64,000 nucleotides of DNA, from the NCBI GenBank assembly GCA_022775985.1, contig JALFIM010000071.1:45006-109005 (forward strand), written 5' to 3'. Position 1 is the first letter of the stretch, and each line of letters opens with the position of its first letter. The stretch is from Prevotella sp. (GTDB lineage: Bacteria > Bacteroidota > Bacteroidia > Bacteroidales > Bacteroidaceae). Below the pieces are notes generated by a model, which saw nothing but the letters and a program-made list of their open reading frames with translations, made no database searches and was not told the origin of the DNA. The position numbers and the translations under genes were made by a program. This document shows positions 28,704 through 40,740 of the stretch, piece after piece.

Positions 28704-30098
28704 ATGAATACATTGTTTGATAAAATCTGGGACAAGCACGTCGTGCAAATCGTAAAGGATGGCCCCACACAGTTATATATAGACAGACTCTATTGTCATG
28801 AGGTGACTTCTCCACAGGCGTTTGATGGATTGCGGAGACGTGGTCTCAAATGTTTCCGCCCTGACCATATCATATGTATGCCAGACCATAACACCCCGAC
28901 GCACGATCAGGATAAGCCTATCGCCGACCCTGTGTCTAAAAAGCAGGTAGATACACTCGCGGCTAATTGCAAGGAGTTCGGGCTTACTCATTATGGAATG
29001 ATGTCTCAAGACAATGGTATCATACATGTCGTAGGCCCAGAGAAAGGTTTGTCTTTGCCTGGCATGACCATCGTGTGTGGCGACTCTCATACTTCGACGC
29101 ATGGTGCGGTGGGTGCTGTCGCATTTGGTATAGGCACATCTGAGGTGGAGATGGTTATGGCTTCAGAGTGTATATTGCAGCAAAAGCCGAAGTCCATGCG
29201 TATCAAAATCAATGGCAACCTTAGAAAAGGAGTCGTTGCAAAGGACGTTGCTCTCTATCTGATGTCAAAGCTGACTACGAGTGGAGCGACAGGATATTTT
29301 GTGGAGTATGCTGGTGATGTAGTGGAGAATATGTCCATGGAAGGCAGACTTACTCTCTGCAACCTTTCCATAGAGATGGGAGCACGTGGTGGATTCGTTG
29401 CCCCTGACGAGACTACTTTTGAGTATATCAAGGGCCGTCAATATGCTCCCAAGGGTGATGAGTGGGATAAAGCCGTAGCCTATTGGAATACACTGAAAAG
29501 CGGTGCAGATGCAGTGTTTGACAAAGAACTTGTGTTTGATGGGGCAGACATAGAGCCGCGTATCACGTATGGCACAAATCCAGGAATGGGCATAAGTATC
29601 ACAGGTACCATACCTACTCTCGATGAGATAGATGAGGCAGGACGCGCATCATTTGTCAAGAGCCTTCAGTACATGGGGCTTAATCCAGGTGAGAAATTGC
29701 TTGGACATAAGGTGGACTATGTGTTCCTTGGAGCTTGTACCAATGGACGCATCGAGGATTTCAGGGCTTTTGCTTCCATAGTGAAAGGTCGGCACAAGGC
29801 AGCAGACGTAGTGGCTTGGCTTGTGCCAGGCAGTTGGGCTGTTGATAAGCAGATACGTGAGGAAGGGCTTGACAAAGTGATTGAGGCTGCTGGATTTGAG
29901 ATACGTCAGCCCGGATGCTCTGCATGTCTTGCCATGAATGATGATAAGATTCCTGCGGGTAAGTACAGTGTCAGCACAAGCAACCGCAACTTTGAGGGCC
30001 GTCAGGGGCCTGGGGCACGCACTATGTTGGCAAGCCCGCTTGTTGCAGCGGCAGCGGCAGTGACGGGGGTGATAACAGACCCGAGAGAATTGATGTGA
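28704..30098 (+). CDS. leuC: 3-isopropylmalate dehydratase large subunit
   Basis: [51 protein letters not shown]. Confidence 0.97.
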   Translation: MNTLFDKIWDKHVVQIVKDGPTQLYIDRLYCHEVTSPQAFDGLRRRGLKCFRPDHIICMPDHNTPTHDQDKPIADPVSKKQVDTLAANCKEFGLTHYGMMSQDNGIIHVVGPEKGLSLPGMTIVCGDSHTSTHGAVGAVAFGIGTSEVEMVMASECILQQKPKSMRIKINGNLRKGVVAKDVALYLMSKLTTSGATGYFVEYAGDVVENMSMEGRLTLCNLSIEMGARGGFVAPDETTFEYIKGRQYAPKGDEWDKAVAYWNTLKSGADAVFDKELVFDGADIEPRITYGTNPGMGISITGTIPTLDEIDEAGRASFVKSLQYMGLNPGEKLLGHKVDYVFLGACTNGRIEDFRAFASIVKGRHKAADVVAWLVPGSWAVDKQIREEGLDKVIEAAGFEIRQPGCSACLAMNDDKIPAGKYSVSTSNRNFEGRQGPGARTMLASPLVAAAAAVTGVITDPRELM

Positions 30099-30172
30099 TA
30101 ACAGTTTGCCGACATGGCATGACAGATTAAGTGTTAAGCAGATATTGACATTTTATTCTTAAAAACAAGAAA

Positions 30173-30763
30173 ATGAAACAAAAATTTGATGTTATAACAA
30201 GTCGGTGCATACCGTTGCCACTGGAGAATGTTGACACAGACCAGATAATTCCAGCACGATTCCTTAAAGCTACGGACAAGGAGGGAATGGGTGACAATTT
30301 GTTCAGGGATTGGCGATACAATCGTGATGGTTCGGTTAATAAAGACTTCGTGTTGAATAACCCCGATTATAGTGGCGTGATTCTTGTTGCTGGTAAGAAC
30401 TTCGGTTCTGGTTCATCGCGCGAGCACGCTGCATGGGCCATTGCAGGATATGGTTTCCGCGTAGTGATAAGCAGTTTCTTTGCAGATATCCATAAGAACA
30501 ACGAACTCAATAATTTCGTCTTGCCTGTTGTTGTCAGCGAGCCATTCCTTAAGGAGTTGTTCGACAGTATAGCGGCAGACCGTACTATGGAAGTTGAGGT
30601 GGACTTGCCTAACCAGACTGTTACGAACAAGGCCACAGGTCACAGCGAGCATTTTGAAATCAATGAGTATAAGAAACATTGTCTTATGAACGGACTCGAT
30701 GACATAGACTATCTGTTGCAGAACAAAGACAAGATTGTGGAATGGGAGAAAGCGAACGCTTGA
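30173..30763 (+). CDS. leuD: 3-isopropylmalate dehydratase small subunit
   Basis: NVDTDQIIPARFL, NFGSGSSREHA. Confidence 0.97.
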   Translation: MKQKFDVITSRCIPLPLENVDTDQIIPARFLKATDKEGMGDNLFRDWRYNRDGSVNKDFVLNNPDYSGVILVAGKNFGSGSSREHAAWAIAGYGFRVVISSFFADIHKNNELNNFVLPVVVSEPFLKELFDSIAADRTMEVEVDLPNQTVTNKATGHSEHFEINEYKKHCLMNGLDDIDYLLQNKDKIVEWEKANA

Positions 30764-32313
30764 CACGGCATAAGGCCGACGGTGGACCGTATGTCGAGAT
30801 TATGGACTCAACACTCAGGGACGGAGAGCAAACCAGCGGAGTGAGCTTTCTGCCCCATGAGAAACTCGTCATAGCCAGAAAACTGCTCAATGACGTGAAT
30901 GTAGACCGCATAGAGGTGGCTTCTGCAAGAGTGTCTGAGGGCGAGAAAGAGGCCGTGAGTATGATTTGCCGGTATGCAAGGAGCATAGGCAAACTCGAAA
31001 GGGTAGAGGTGCTCGGGTTTGTAGACGGGCATTTGTCTGTAGACTGGATACGTGATTGTGGTGGAAGGGTCATCAATCTTCTTGCCAAGGGCTCACTGAA
31101 GCACTGCGTACACCAGTTGAAGAAAACCCCAGAAGAGCATCTCTCTGATATCTTGGATGTTATGGAGTATGCTCAGTCTGAGGGGCTTGACGTGAACCTG
31201 TACCTTGAGGATTGGAGCTCGGGTATGAAGGACTCGCCTGACTACGTGTTCTACATGATGGATGCTCTGTGCAAGACGGGTATAAAACGGTTTCTTCTGC
31301 CAGATACTCTTGGCATAATGAATCCTCTTCAGTGTGTTGAATACATGCGCAAGATGGTTCGACGGTACCCAGCCACACACTTCGATTTCCATGCCCATAA
31401 CGACTACGACCTTGCTGTAAGCAATTCGCTCGCTGCCGTATTATGTGGCGCAAGAGGCTTGCATGTCACGGTCAATGGATTGGGTGAGCGGTGTGGAAAT
31501 GCTCCATTGGCGAGTGTTCAGGTGATACTCAGAGACCACTTCCACGCCAGGACATCCATTCATGAGAACCAGTTGAACGATATAAGCAGACTCGTAGAGG
31601 GATATAGCGGCATAGCCATTTCTTCAAATCAGCCCATTGTCGGTGAGAATGTGTTTACTCAAGTGGCTGGCGTGCATGCCGACGGCGACAACAAGGACAA
31701 TCTCTACTGCAATGAGTTGATTCCTGAGCGTTTTGGGCGAAAGCGTGCATACGCTCTTGGCAAGAACAGCGGACGGGCAAACATTGCCAAGAATCTTGAA
31801 GAACTTGGGCTTGAGCTGACCCCAGAACAGACACGTAAAGTGACAAAGCGTATCACTGAACTTGGTGACAAGAAGGAACTCGTGACGCAGGACGATTTAC
31901 CGTATATAGTTAATGATGTACTCAAGCATTCCGTACCTGAGGATAAAGTCAGGCTTATAAGCTACATGGTGTCTACAAGTTATGGTCTGAAGCCGCTCGC
32001 AAGCATCAAGGTGAGCATCAATGGTGCTGACTATGAGGCCGACTGTACGGGCGATGGACAGTATGATGCTTTTGTCAAGGCTTTGCGTAAGATATACAAG
32101 ACGCGGCTTAACCGTACTTTCCCGACGCTTGAGAATTACTATGTGACGATACCGCCCGGCGGACGTACCGATGCCCTCGTGCAGACAGTAATCACTTGGC
32201 GTAATGGCAGTAAGCTGATGCGTACACGTGGGCTTGATGCCGACCAGACAGAGTCGGCTATAAAGGCTACGTTCAAGATGCTTAACATGATAGAGGAGGA
32301 GTTTCATGACTAA
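30742..32313 (+). CDS. cimA: (R)-citramalate synthase-like LeuA paralog
   Basis: DSTLRDGEQT, HAHNDYDLAVSN, GLGERCGNA; second LeuA-like gene within the leu operon. Confidence 0.75.
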   Translation: MGESERLTRHKADGGPYVEIMDSTLRDGEQTSGVSFLPHEKLVIARKLLNDVNVDRIEVASARVSEGEKEAVSMICRYARSIGKLERVEVLGFVDGHLSVDWIRDCGGRVINLLAKGSLKHCVHQLKKTPEEHLSDILDVMEYAQSEGLDVNLYLEDWSSGMKDSPDYVFYMMDALCKTGIKRFLLPDTLGIMNPLQCVEYMRKMVRRYPATHFDFHAHNDYDLAVSNSLAAVLCGARGLHVTVNGLGERCGNAPLASVQVILRDHFHARTSIHENQLNDISRLVEGYSGIAISSNQPIVGENVFTQVAGVHADGDNKDNLYCNELIPERFGRKRAYALGKNSGRANIAKNLEELGLELTPEQTRKVTKRITELGDKKELVTQDDLPYIVNDVLKHSVPEDKVRLISYMVSTSYGLKPLASIKVSINGADYEADCTGDGQYDAFVKALRKIYKTRLNRTFPTLENYYVTIPPGGRTDALVQTVITWRNGSKLMRTRGLDADQTESAIKATFKMLNMIEEEFHD

Positions 32314-32450
32314 AAGCACATACGTGCGTCCCTTTATCGTGTTTGGTACGGAAAACAGCATGCCTATAAGAGCTCTTCATCATGTATGGTACGGAAAATA
32401 ATCATGTTCAGAATAGAAAAATTGTAAATTATTAATTGTTAGAATATATT

Positions 32451-33512
32451 ATGAAACTAAAGATTGCGGTTCTTGCGGGCGATGGTATAGGCCCCGAGAT
32501 AATGAGGCAAGGTGTAGACGTACTTGACGCGGTAGCAGCAAAGTTCGGCCATGAGGTCAGCTACGAGGAGGCTTTGTGTGGAGCTGCCGCTATCGACAAG
32601 GTCGGTGACCCGTTCCCTGAGCAGACATTCAGCACTTGCAAGAATGCTGATGCAGTGCTTTTCGCAGCCGTCGGTGACCCGAAATTCGACAATGACCCTA
32701 CGGCCAAGGTGCGCCCAGAGCAGGGCTTGCTTGCCATGCGCAAGAAACTCGGCTTGTTTGCCAACATACGTCCTATACAGACATTCAAGTGCTTGCTCCA
32801 CATGTCGCCGTTGAAGGAGTCGCTTGTCAAGAATGCCGACTTCGTATGTATAAGGGAGTTGACTGGCGGTATGTATTTCGGTGAGAAATACCAGGACAAT
32901 GACAAAGCCTATGACACCGACCTCTACACGCGCCCCGAGATAGAGCGCATACTGAAGGTGGGATTCGAGTATGCCCGTAAGCGCAGACATCACCTCACAG
33001 TCGTAGACAAGGCCAATGTGCTTGCATCCTCACGTCTGTGGAGGCAGATAGCCAAGGAGATGGAGCCGTCTTATCCCGATGTCAATGTAGACTATATGTA
33101 TGTTGACAATGCGTCAATGCGCATGATTACAGAGCCCTCATTCTTTGATGTGATGGTGACTGAAAACACATTCGGTGACATACTTACTGATGAGGGAAGC
33201 TGCATCTCTGGCTCAATGGGATTGCTGCCTTCGGCCTCTACAGGCGAGAGCACACCGGTCTTTGAGCCCGTTCACGGCTCATGGCCGCAGGCTACGGGCA
33301 AGAATATCGCCAATCCGCTTGCACAGATACTTTCGGTGGCTATGTTGTTTGAGTATTTCGACCTTAAAGAAGAAGGGGCACTCATTCGTAAGGCTGTCGA
33401 TGCGTCGCTTGACGCTAATGTGCGTACTCCAGAGATACAAGTGCCTGGAGGTGCTGAGTATGGCACCAAGGAAGTGGGCAAGTGGATTGTAGACTTCATC
33501 AAGAAAGCATGA
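32451..33512 (+). CDS. leuB: 3-isopropylmalate dehydrogenase
   Basis: [39 protein letters not shown]. Confidence 0.96.
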   Translation: MKLKIAVLAGDGIGPEIMRQGVDVLDAVAAKFGHEVSYEEALCGAAAIDKVGDPFPEQTFSTCKNADAVLFAAVGDPKFDNDPTAKVRPEQGLLAMRKKLGLFANIRPIQTFKCLLHMSPLKESLVKNADFVCIRELTGGMYFGEKYQDNDKAYDTDLYTRPEIERILKVGFEYARKRRHHLTVVDKANVLASSRLWRQIAKEMEPSYPDVNVDYMYVDNASMRMITEPSFFDVMVTENTFGDILTDEGSCISGSMGLLPSASTGESTPVFEPVHGSWPQATGKNIANPLAQILSVAMLFEYFDLKEEGALIRKAVDASLDANVRTPEIQVPGGAEYGTKEVGKWIVDFIKKA

Positions 33513-34213
33513 GACATACGATGACGGGATGCCTCATCATCGTCTTTGTCATGCTGTGCTCTGTGCCTATGAGTTCTATGGCGCAGAGCAAGCAACAGCT
33601 CCGTGACAGCTTGAAGGCTGCCTCGGAGCTTTTGGACTATTACCCCGACTCTGTGGACTTACGTCTGAGGAAGGCTGCATGGAATGTGCAGTTGGAGCAG
33701 TGGGAATATGCCAAAAGCGAGTATGACAAAGTCATCATGCGCTATCCTGAGAATATAACGGCACGCTATTTCAGGGCATTTGTCAATGAGAAACTGAAAC
33801 GTTATGATTTCGCAAGGCTCGACTATCAGTCTGTGCTGACTGTCGTTCCCGGTAATTTTGAGGCAAGACTTGGTCTGGCTTTGCTCAATTATAAGGACAA
33901 GCACTTCACGGAGGCGATGGATCAGATAAACCAGTTGGTCAATCAATACCCCGACAGCGCCATTGTCTATGCTGCTCGTGGTGGCTTTGAGCAGGAAAGC
34001 GGTAAGCTGGAACTTGCGGAGTATGACTTCAAGGAGGCTATAAGGCTTGACGGCTCTAATACAGACTATCGCTTAAATCACATAAAGGTGCTTATAGCCT
34101 TGAAGCGTCGTGATGAGGCCGTGGGCGAGCTTGACGCATTGCAGAAGAATGGTGTGCCGCAAGGCATGCTGCTCGATTTGTACAGACAAGCCCGGGCGCG
34201 TAGAGAAAAATAA
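33509..34213 (+). CDS. Secreted tetratricopeptide repeat protein
   Basis: Signal peptide then TPR-like repeats; ATGA overlap with leuB stop. Confidence 0.8.
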   Translation: MRHTMTGCLIIVFVMLCSVPMSSMAQSKQQLRDSLKAASELLDYYPDSVDLRLRKAAWNVQLEQWEYAKSEYDKVIMRYPENITARYFRAFVNEKLKRYDFARLDYQSVLTVVPGNFEARLGLALLNYKDKHFTEAMDQINQLVNQYPDSAIVYAARGGFEQESGKLELAEYDFKEAIRLDGSNTDYRLNHIKVLIALKRRDEAVGELDALQKNGVPQGMLLDLYRQARARREK

Positions 34214-34290
34214 AGACGATAAGCATACTCATCAGCTTGATGATGTATGGCGAATATGGAAAACTTGTGGTGTGACTGATTCCATAACTC

Positions 34291-34357
34291 ATCCTGCACT
34301 ATAAAGGGAGCCCCTGACAACAATGTGTTGACAGGGGCTCCCTTTATAGTGTAGGAT
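34291..34357. terminator. Long hairpin between convergent TPR gene and thrS
   Basis: CCTGCACTATAAAGGGAGCCCCTG / CAGGGGCTCCCTTTATAGTGTAGG, near-perfect 24-bp stem. Confidence 0.75.
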
Positions 34358-34432
34358 GTCTTTTGCCTCAGTATGGACTACGCCAATGCCTGTTGAGAGG
34401 TAATATGCAGTCCGTCAATGGCATGTTATGAA

Positions 34433-36385
34433 TTATGCCTTTGTGGTCTCGAGCTGTGCGGCCACTTCCTCGTTTATGTGCTTAGCAAACTCTTCCATTG
34501 TCATAGTGGCCTGCTCTCCACCACCTTGCTTACGCATGGACACGAGTCCGTCAGCGGCTTCTTTCTCGCCAACCACTACCATGTACGGTATGCGCTTTAT
34601 CTCGTTGTCGCGTATCTTGCGGCCGATTTTCTCGTTTCTGTCATCGATAAGTGCGCGTACCCCCACCTTGTCGAAGTATGCGGCCACCTTCTTGGCGTAG
34701 TCGTTGAACTTCTCCGAGATAGGCAGTATGGCCACCTGATCAGGAGTGAGCCACAACGGGAAGTGTCCTGCAGTGTGCTCGATGAGGACGGCTGTGAAAC
34801 GCTCCAGTGAGCCGAACGGGGCACGGTGTATCATCACAGGCGTTTTCTTGGTGTTGTCCTCAGCCGTGTACTCCAGACGGAATCGTGACGGGAGGTTGTA
34901 GTCTACCTGTATAGTACCGAGCTGCCAGCGGCGGCCGATGGCGTCTTTCACCATGAAGTCGAGCTTCGGGCCGTAGAAAGCAGCCTCGCCAATCTCCTCG
35001 TGGGCGTTCAGACCTTTCTCCTTGCATGCCTCGCGGATGGCATTCTCACTCTCTTCCCATATCTCAGGACTGCCTATGTATTTCTCAGTGTCCTTGGGGT
35101 CGTGAAGTGATATCTGTGCCTCATAGTTGTCGAATCCGAATATACCGAACACTTTCAGAATGATGTCGATTATGGCCTCAAACTCCTTTTTCACCTGATC
35201 GGGGCGAACGAAGATGTGCGCATCGTCCTGTGTGAATGTGCGTACACGTGTCAGTCCATGAAGCTCACCGCTCTTCTCGTAGCGGAATACCGTGCCAAAC
35301 TCAGCGATACGTAATGGCAGGTCTTTGTATGAGCGCGGCTTGCGTGCGTATATCTCACAGTGGTGAGGACAGTTCATAGGCTTGAGCATATACTCCTCAT
35401 CCTCCTCGGGCGTGTGTATGGGCTGGAATGCGTCCTTGCCGTAGTGGGCGTAGTGGCCGGATGTCACGTAGAGACTCTTGCCGCCGATGCCTGGAGTTAT
35501 CACCTCCTGGTAGTTGTATGGGCGCAACAGGCTGCGGAGAAGTTCCTGAAGGCGGAGGCGGAGCTGTGTGCCCTTCGGCAACCAGATGGGGAGTCCCTTG
35601 CCTACGCGGTCAGAGAACATGAACAGTTCCATCTCCTTGCCTATCTTGCGGTGGTCGCGTTTCTTGGCCTCCTCTATCATGGCAAGATACTCATCGAGCA
35701 TCTTCTTCTTCGGGAAACTTATACCATAGATACGGGTCATCTGCTCGCGCTTGGCATCGCCACGCCAGAAGGCACCGGCTACACTCGTTATCTTGATGGC
35801 CTTGATAGCGCCTGTACTCATGAGGTGCGGGCCACGGCAGAGGTCGGTAAACGCCCCCTGCGTATATGTGGTGATAGTGCCGTCCTCAAGATCCTGCTCA
35901 ATGTGCTCGCACTTATATTCTTGTCCAGCGGCCTTAAACTCCTTCAGGGCATCGGCCTTGGATATCTCCTTGCGTACTACAGCCTCGTTCTTCTTGGCAA
36001 GTTCCTTCATCTTCTCTTCTATCTTGCCGAAGTCGCTTTCGCTGATGACATCGCCCTTCTTGGGCATTACGTCATAGAAAAAGCCATTCTCTATGGCAGG
36101 GCCGAATCCGAACTGTATGCCTGGATACAGCTCTTGGAGTGCTTCAGCCAACAGGTGTGCAGATGTGTGCCAGAAGGTGTGCTTGCCTTCCTCGTCGTCG
36201 AATTTGTAGAGAGCTATCGCCGAATCCTCGTTGATGGGGCGGTTAAGCTCGACTGTCTCGCCATTTACACCGCAAGATACAATGTCGCGGGCGAGAGCCG
36301 GCGAAATGCTCTCTGCGATTTGAAGCCCAGTAACGCCCTGTTCGTATTCACGGACTGAGCCATCTGGAAATGTGATTTTAACCAT
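34433..36385 (-). CDS. thrS: Threonine--tRNA ligase
   Basis: TGS domain, [35 protein letters not shown]. Confidence 0.98.
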   Translation of the reverse strand: MVKITFPDGSVREYEQGVTGLQIAESISPALARDIVSCGVNGETVELNRPINEDSAIALYKFDDEEGKHTFWHTSAHLLAEALQELYPGIQFGFGPAIENGFFYDVMPKKGDVISESDFGKIEEKMKELAKKNEAVVRKEISKADALKEFKAAGQEYKCEHIEQDLEDGTITTYTQGAFTDLCRGPHLMSTGAIKAIKITSVAGAFWRGDAKREQMTRIYGISFPKKKMLDEYLAMIEEAKKRDHRKIGKEMELFMFSDRVGKGLPIWLPKGTQLRLRLQELLRSLLRPYNYQEVITPGIGGKSLYVTSGHYAHYGKDAFQPIHTPEEDEEYMLKPMNCPHHCEIYARKPRSYKDLPLRIAEFGTVFRYEKSGELHGLTRVRTFTQDDAHIFVRPDQVKKEFEAIIDIILKVFGIFGFDNYEAQISLHDPKDTEKYIGSPEIWEESENAIREACKEKGLNAHEEIGEAAFYGPKLDFMVKDAIGRRWQLGTIQVDYNLPSRFRLEYTAEDNTKKTPVMIHRAPFGSLERFTAVLIEHTAGHFPLWLTPDQVAILPISEKFNDYAKKVAAYFDKVGVRALIDDRNEKIGRKIRDNEIKRIPYMVVVGEKEAADGLVSMRKQGGGEQATMTMEEFAKHINEEVAAQLETTKA

Positions 36386-36523
36386 AACAAATTAGTATTT
36401 AATCAAATTGATTGCAAAAATACGACATTTTTTTTATATGCTTGGCGTGGAAGAGCCTAATTTTTAGGACTATTGCTTAATAAAACATAATTTGTGGTGA
36501 CAGACATGGCGGCCGTCCGAATG

Positions 36524-38548
36524 TCACCATTGTCTGAACAGCTCAAATCCAAACCGTACGCCAAAGCCATCAAAGCGTCCGTTCTTCTGACCTACGAACA
36601 TTCCTGCTGACAGTATGTGCGTGGCTATGCCGTACCCGTACTCTATGTATGGGTGGAGCCGTGTCACGTCGAGAGTGTTTATGTATATGCGCTCTTTCTC
36701 TATGAAGCGGCCTATAAACGGAATCCATGCTATGGCTATCACTGGCGACTCGTATGTGACGTTGGCGCGTACATAATAGCGTGAGGCGTTGTACCAGTTG
36801 GAGTTGAGCAGTTCGAAGTCGTTGGTCCAGTTGTCGTTCCACCCGCCGATGATGTTCTCCTCGTGGAAGTTGGAGTAGTCGAGGAAGTACCAGTCCTTGC
36901 CCTTATTGGTGTAGAAGCCTGTGCCTATCCTCATCTGTAGTGACGACAGGCTCTTGAGGGCGTGCCTGTATTGAGCGTCAAACTCATATCTCTCGTAGCC
37001 TATGTTGGCAGTCATGAATCCTTTTATGCTGCGCTCGTAGTTGGCGGTGATGACAGGGCCGCTATATCCTGTCGGGCGGAACTGCAGCTCTATTGTCGGA
37101 GCGGCTGACACGAAGTGCGGCGACATGCCTGACGTGACGAACGACTGCTTGTCTATGGCCGTGCGCCTGTGAAGCACCATGCCGGCCTGGATGCCGAACT
37201 TGTCGCTAAGGTCGTAGTGGGCGTTGAGCTTATAGCTCATGTCCTTGAAGTACTCAAGCCCCATCTTGCTCCATATCACGGAGTCCTGTGACTGCTCTTT
37301 CAGTTTCTGTGCCACCTCCGAATTGGTGATTCTGTTGCCATTACCGAACTCCATCTCTATGAAACCGTTGCGCTTCCTGTTGAAATAGAATACGGTGGGG
37401 ATGTTGAAGTAGAACAGGTGCTGCTTGAACGAGTAGCCGGCTTTTACGCGCATGGCTATGTTGCTGTTGTCTGAGAATGAGTAGTTGGCTCTCACGTCAA
37501 ACTTGTATGTTATGCCCTTGCGTCCGCTGTAACCGAAATACAGAGGGTTCAGTATGGGGCTTATGCGCACATACCCCTGCTTGTTGTGCCCGAAGTCCGA
37601 CTTTATCCTGCCTATGAGGTTTTCTCCTATGTTGTCCCACAGGAAGGCGGCGAAGCTGCTCCGCCTCTTCTCTGATGCCGTGTCCTCCGTCTGTGCCACA
37701 CGTCTGCTTACCATTGCCAGCTCATCGGTAGTGAGAGGCAAAGGGCGCACGGAGTCCATGTCGGCCATGTCGTGCTGCGTGTGTACGGCAGTGGAGTCGG
37801 GCAGACCCTTGTGCAGCCCGTACATGGCCATGTATCTGGAGGTGATGCGGTTGCCCATGAACTTGAATCGGGCTTCAAGGCGGCATGACTTGGGGTATAG
37901 AGACAACTTGCCGCTGTCGTTCATGTCAAGCTCGAGGAAAAACTTTATCATGTCATATTCGCCGTCAAAGCACGTCCTCACTATCCGGCCTGTGGCCGCG
38001 TCTACTACTGCATAGCCCGCTATGAACTGCGCACTCCTCACCTTCGGCTTGAATATGATGCTCGCCGTGCCGTCGGCCATCTGGCTGACGGTGTACCTGT
38101 AATACCGGCGGTTGTGGCGGTGGAAGGGCGACAGTATGCTGTTGCCTATGATGGTAGTGCCATATACATTCGGGGTGAGGTATTTCAGCAGGGTGGTCAT
38201 GGCCGTCTTGTTGTGCGGTATGGTAGTGAGCTGCAGCAGACGGCTTGCGGTCATGTTGCCCATGCTGTCTATCACCGTCTTGTCATAGGTCTCGCCGATA
38301 TGTGTGCGCTCGCCGCTGTGTGCTATGGCATACATCGTAGGCACGGCCAGCAGTATGGGGTTGCGCCTCTCTGTGGAAATGCTGTATTTGGTATAGGCAT
38401 ACTCCTCGCGCTCGGTCATGCAGCAGGTGTCCATCCGTCTGCCGTATGCGAACGTCTTTTCCAATATGCCCATACGGTTCTTTGCCATGCTTCCTGACAG
38501 GGCGCATAGCCAGAAGAGTGTTATGAGTATAATGCGCATATTGGTCAT
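36524..38548 (-). CDS. Outer-membrane protein of unknown function (DUF5686-like)
   Basis: Signal peptide; beta-barrel-like alternating pattern; C-terminal VRFGFELFRQW. Confidence 0.6.
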   Translation of the reverse strand: MTNMRIILITLFWLCALSGSMAKNRMGILEKTFAYGRRMDTCCMTEREEYAYTKYSISTERRNPILLAVPTMYAIAHSGERTHIGETYDKTVIDSMGNMTASRLLQLTTIPHNKTAMTTLLKYLTPNVYGTTIIGNSILSPFHRHNRRYYRYTVSQMADGTASIIFKPKVRSAQFIAGYAVVDAATGRIVRTCFDGEYDMIKFFLELDMNDSGKLSLYPKSCRLEARFKFMGNRITSRYMAMYGLHKGLPDSTAVHTQHDMADMDSVRPLPLTTDELAMVSRRVAQTEDTASEKRRSSFAAFLWDNIGENLIGRIKSDFGHNKQGYVRISPILNPLYFGYSGRKGITYKFDVRANYSFSDNSNIAMRVKAGYSFKQHLFYFNIPTVFYFNRKRNGFIEMEFGNGNRITNSEVAQKLKEQSQDSVIWSKMGLEYFKDMSYKLNAHYDLSDKFGIQAGMVLHRRTAIDKQSFVTSGMSPHFVSAAPTIELQFRPTGYSGPVITANYERSIKGFMTANIGYERYEFDAQYRHALKSLSSLQMRIGTGFYTNKGKDWYFLDYSNFHEENIIGGWNDNWTNDFELLNSNWYNASRYYVRANVTYESPVIAIAWIPFIGRFIEKERIYINTLDVTRLHPYIEYGYGIATHILSAGMFVGQKNGRFDGFGVRFGFELFRQW

Positions 38549-38581
38549 AAGAGATGCTCTTTTACATGTATGGCGCGTGTG

Positions 38582-40045
38582 CTACTGCACGTCTCCACTT
38601 ACCGTACTGCTTGATGGTGGCAGGCTTGGCTCCAGATCAGGAATTTCCTGTCCTTCAGCACTCGCTATTGACGGGATGGGATTGCGCGAGTTCTGGCGTG
38701 CTCCGAGCTTCTGCAGCTTGGCACAGGTCTGTATGATGCTCTGCCCATTGGGGCTCAGCTTCTTGCCAGCATCTTCGTATGCCTTGCTGGCAGACTCCAG
38801 TGCCTTGCCTATGGCATGGTACTTCTTGATGAACTGCCCTACGCGGTCGAGCATCTCGTTGGCGAGTTCGTACACTCTCTCGTGGTTTTGTGCCTGTGAT
38901 ATCTGCGTCCATGTGAGGCTTACTATGCGCAGGGCCGCAAACAGCGTCTGCTCATCGGCAATAAACACATTCTTCTCCATGGCACGTCTCCACAGGTCTG
39001 GCTGTGCGTTAAGGGCTGTCCATAGGGCCCCGGAGTGGGGGACAAACATTATCACGTAGTCCATCTTCACTTTCGGTGGCTGTATGTACGATGAGTAGTC
39101 CTTGGCAGACAGTTCCTTGACATGCTTTTGCAGGCTCTCTATGTGTGCCTTGAGGTACTTGTCCTTATCGGCCGGCGTGTCTGCATTGACGTAGTCTATG
39201 AAGGCCGTCAGCGACACCTTTGAGTCTATGATCACCTCGCGCTGCTTGTCGAGGTGCAGTATGATGTCGGGCCGCAGTATGCTGCCGTCTGCCGACTTCA
39301 CGGTATCTCCATTTGCGTTTTTGATTACCGACTGCGTGTCGTAGTGTATGCCGCGTGTCAGTCCCTGCGACTCAAGGAGCTCGTCAAGTACGGTCTCGCC
39401 CCAGTCGCCCTGCACCTTGCTACCGTGCTTGAACACGCGTGTCAGTTCCTCGGCACTGAGCTGGGCAGCACGGCTTTGCTTGAGCATGTGGTCTATGTTC
39501 TCCTTCATGGCAGCTCCCATCTCCGTCTGTCTCAGGGTGCTCTCGCTCATGGTTTTCTTCATACTTTCTATCGTCTCGCGCAGAGGGTTGAGTATGAGGC
39601 CGATGCTGCTGCTGCTCGACTCCTCAAACTCCTTCTGGCGGCGTTTGAGCATGTCGTTGGTGGCATTGGTCGCTTGTTCAAGAACCTTTTTCATGGTCTC
39701 GTCGAATCTCTGCTGCTGTGCTGCTATTACCTCCGTGTGTCTCTTCTCCTGTGCTTCCAATCCATCGTGGTAGGCCCTCTCCTTGGCCTCCAGCATCTCA
39801 TCGTAGACTTTCTCCTTGGCGAGCAAGTCGCTGTCGTACTGCGCTCTCAGCTCCCGCTTCGTAGACTCGAGTCTCGCTTCGGCCTCGGCTTCTTTCTTCT
39901 GCTCTTGCCTCCGTGCCTCCTCGGCCTGTTCCAGCATCATATTCAGACGCTCAGTGAGTGCGGAGTGCTTACTCTTGCCGAGAAGATAAGATATTGCAAA
40001 TCCTAATATGAAGCATAATATGCATGTAATCAGTGTGATAGTCAT
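38582..40045 (-). CDS. rmuC: DNA recombination protein RmuC
   Basis: N-terminal TM, coiled coil, QGDWGE, RPDIILHL, IIDSKVSL, VIMFVP. Confidence 0.92.
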   Translation of the reverse strand: MTITLITCILCFILGFAISYLLGKSKHSALTERLNMMLEQAEEARRQEQKKEAEAEARLESTKRELRAQYDSDLLAKEKVYDEMLEAKERAYHDGLEAQEKRHTEVIAAQQQRFDETMKKVLEQATNATNDMLKRRQKEFEESSSSSIGLILNPLRETIESMKKTMSESTLRQTEMGAAMKENIDHMLKQSRAAQLSAEELTRVFKHGSKVQGDWGETVLDELLESQGLTRGIHYDTQSVIKNANGDTVKSADGSILRPDIILHLDKQREVIIDSKVSLTAFIDYVNADTPADKDKYLKAHIESLQKHVKELSAKDYSSYIQPPKVKMDYVIMFVPHSGALWTALNAQPDLWRRAMEKNVFIADEQTLFAALRIVSLTWTQISQAQNHERVYELANEMLDRVGQFIKKYHAIGKALESASKAYEDAGKKLSPNGQSIIQTCAKLQKLGARQNSRNPIPSIASAEGQEIPDLEPSLPPSSSTVSGDVQ

Positions 40046-40095
40046 TTTTATTTGATTTTATGTTTAATGCGTTATCTGCCAATTGTACATCCTCG

Positions 40096-40695
40096 TCATA
40101 CTTCCTTTCGCAAGTCATCAAGACTCAGACCGAATTTGCTTACAAGCTCCGAGTATATCCGCTGCACGGGCAGTCCCATCACGTTGAAGTAGCTGCCGTG
40201 TATTGACTCAACACCTATGTAGCCTATCCACTCCTGTATGCCATACGCCCCAGCCTTGTCCAGCGGCTTGTAGTTGGTTACGTAGAAGTCTATCTCCTCA
40301 TCGGTAAGGGTGCGGAATGCGACATCGGTGGTCACGGAGAATGCCGACTGGCGGTCTTTGGACGTGATGCAGACACCAGTTGTCACCTGGTGCTTGCGCC
40401 CACTTATGGTATGCAGCATCCTGCGTGCATCGTCAGCATCGTGTGGCTTGCCCAGTATCTCATTGCCTACTATGACCAGTGTGTCGGCCGTTATCACTAT
40501 CTCATCGTCAGCTATCTTATACGCAGCGGCCTTCTTCTTGGCTATATACTGAGGGACATCTGATGCTGGGAGGTCGTGCGGATAAGACTCGTCTATGCCA
40601 CCGATGACATGCACTCTGAAATCGAGCCCCAAGCCCGAAAGCAACTCTTTGCGGCGTGGAGAATTACTTGATAAAACTATATTTAACTTGCTCAT
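40096..40695 (-). CDS. maf: Maf family nucleoside triphosphate pyrophosphatase
   Basis: LSSNSPRRKELL, TADTLV, LGKP, DKAGAYGIQ, NVMGLP. Confidence 0.94.
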   Translation of the reverse strand: MSKLNIVLSSNSPRRKELLSGLGLDFRVHVIGGIDESYPHDLPASDVPQYIAKKKAAAYKIADDEIVITADTLVIVGNEILGKPHDADDARRMLHTISGRKHQVTTGVCITSKDRQSAFSVTTDVAFRTLTDEEIDFYVTNYKPLDKAGAYGIQEWIGYIGVESIHGSYFNVMGLPVQRIYSELVSKFGLSLDDLRKEV

Positions 40696-40740
40696 TTACT
40701 TTATGTTATGATGCGTGTATTTTTATGGTGCTATAACGCA

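Noticed and set aside
35360-36358. 332-aa ORF antisense to thrS (also long shadow ORFs opposite xpt, rmuC, leuA, moxR and DUF58)
   Set aside because: Expected from codon bias in GC-rich genes; no recognisable motifs and fully overlapping clear housekeeping genes.
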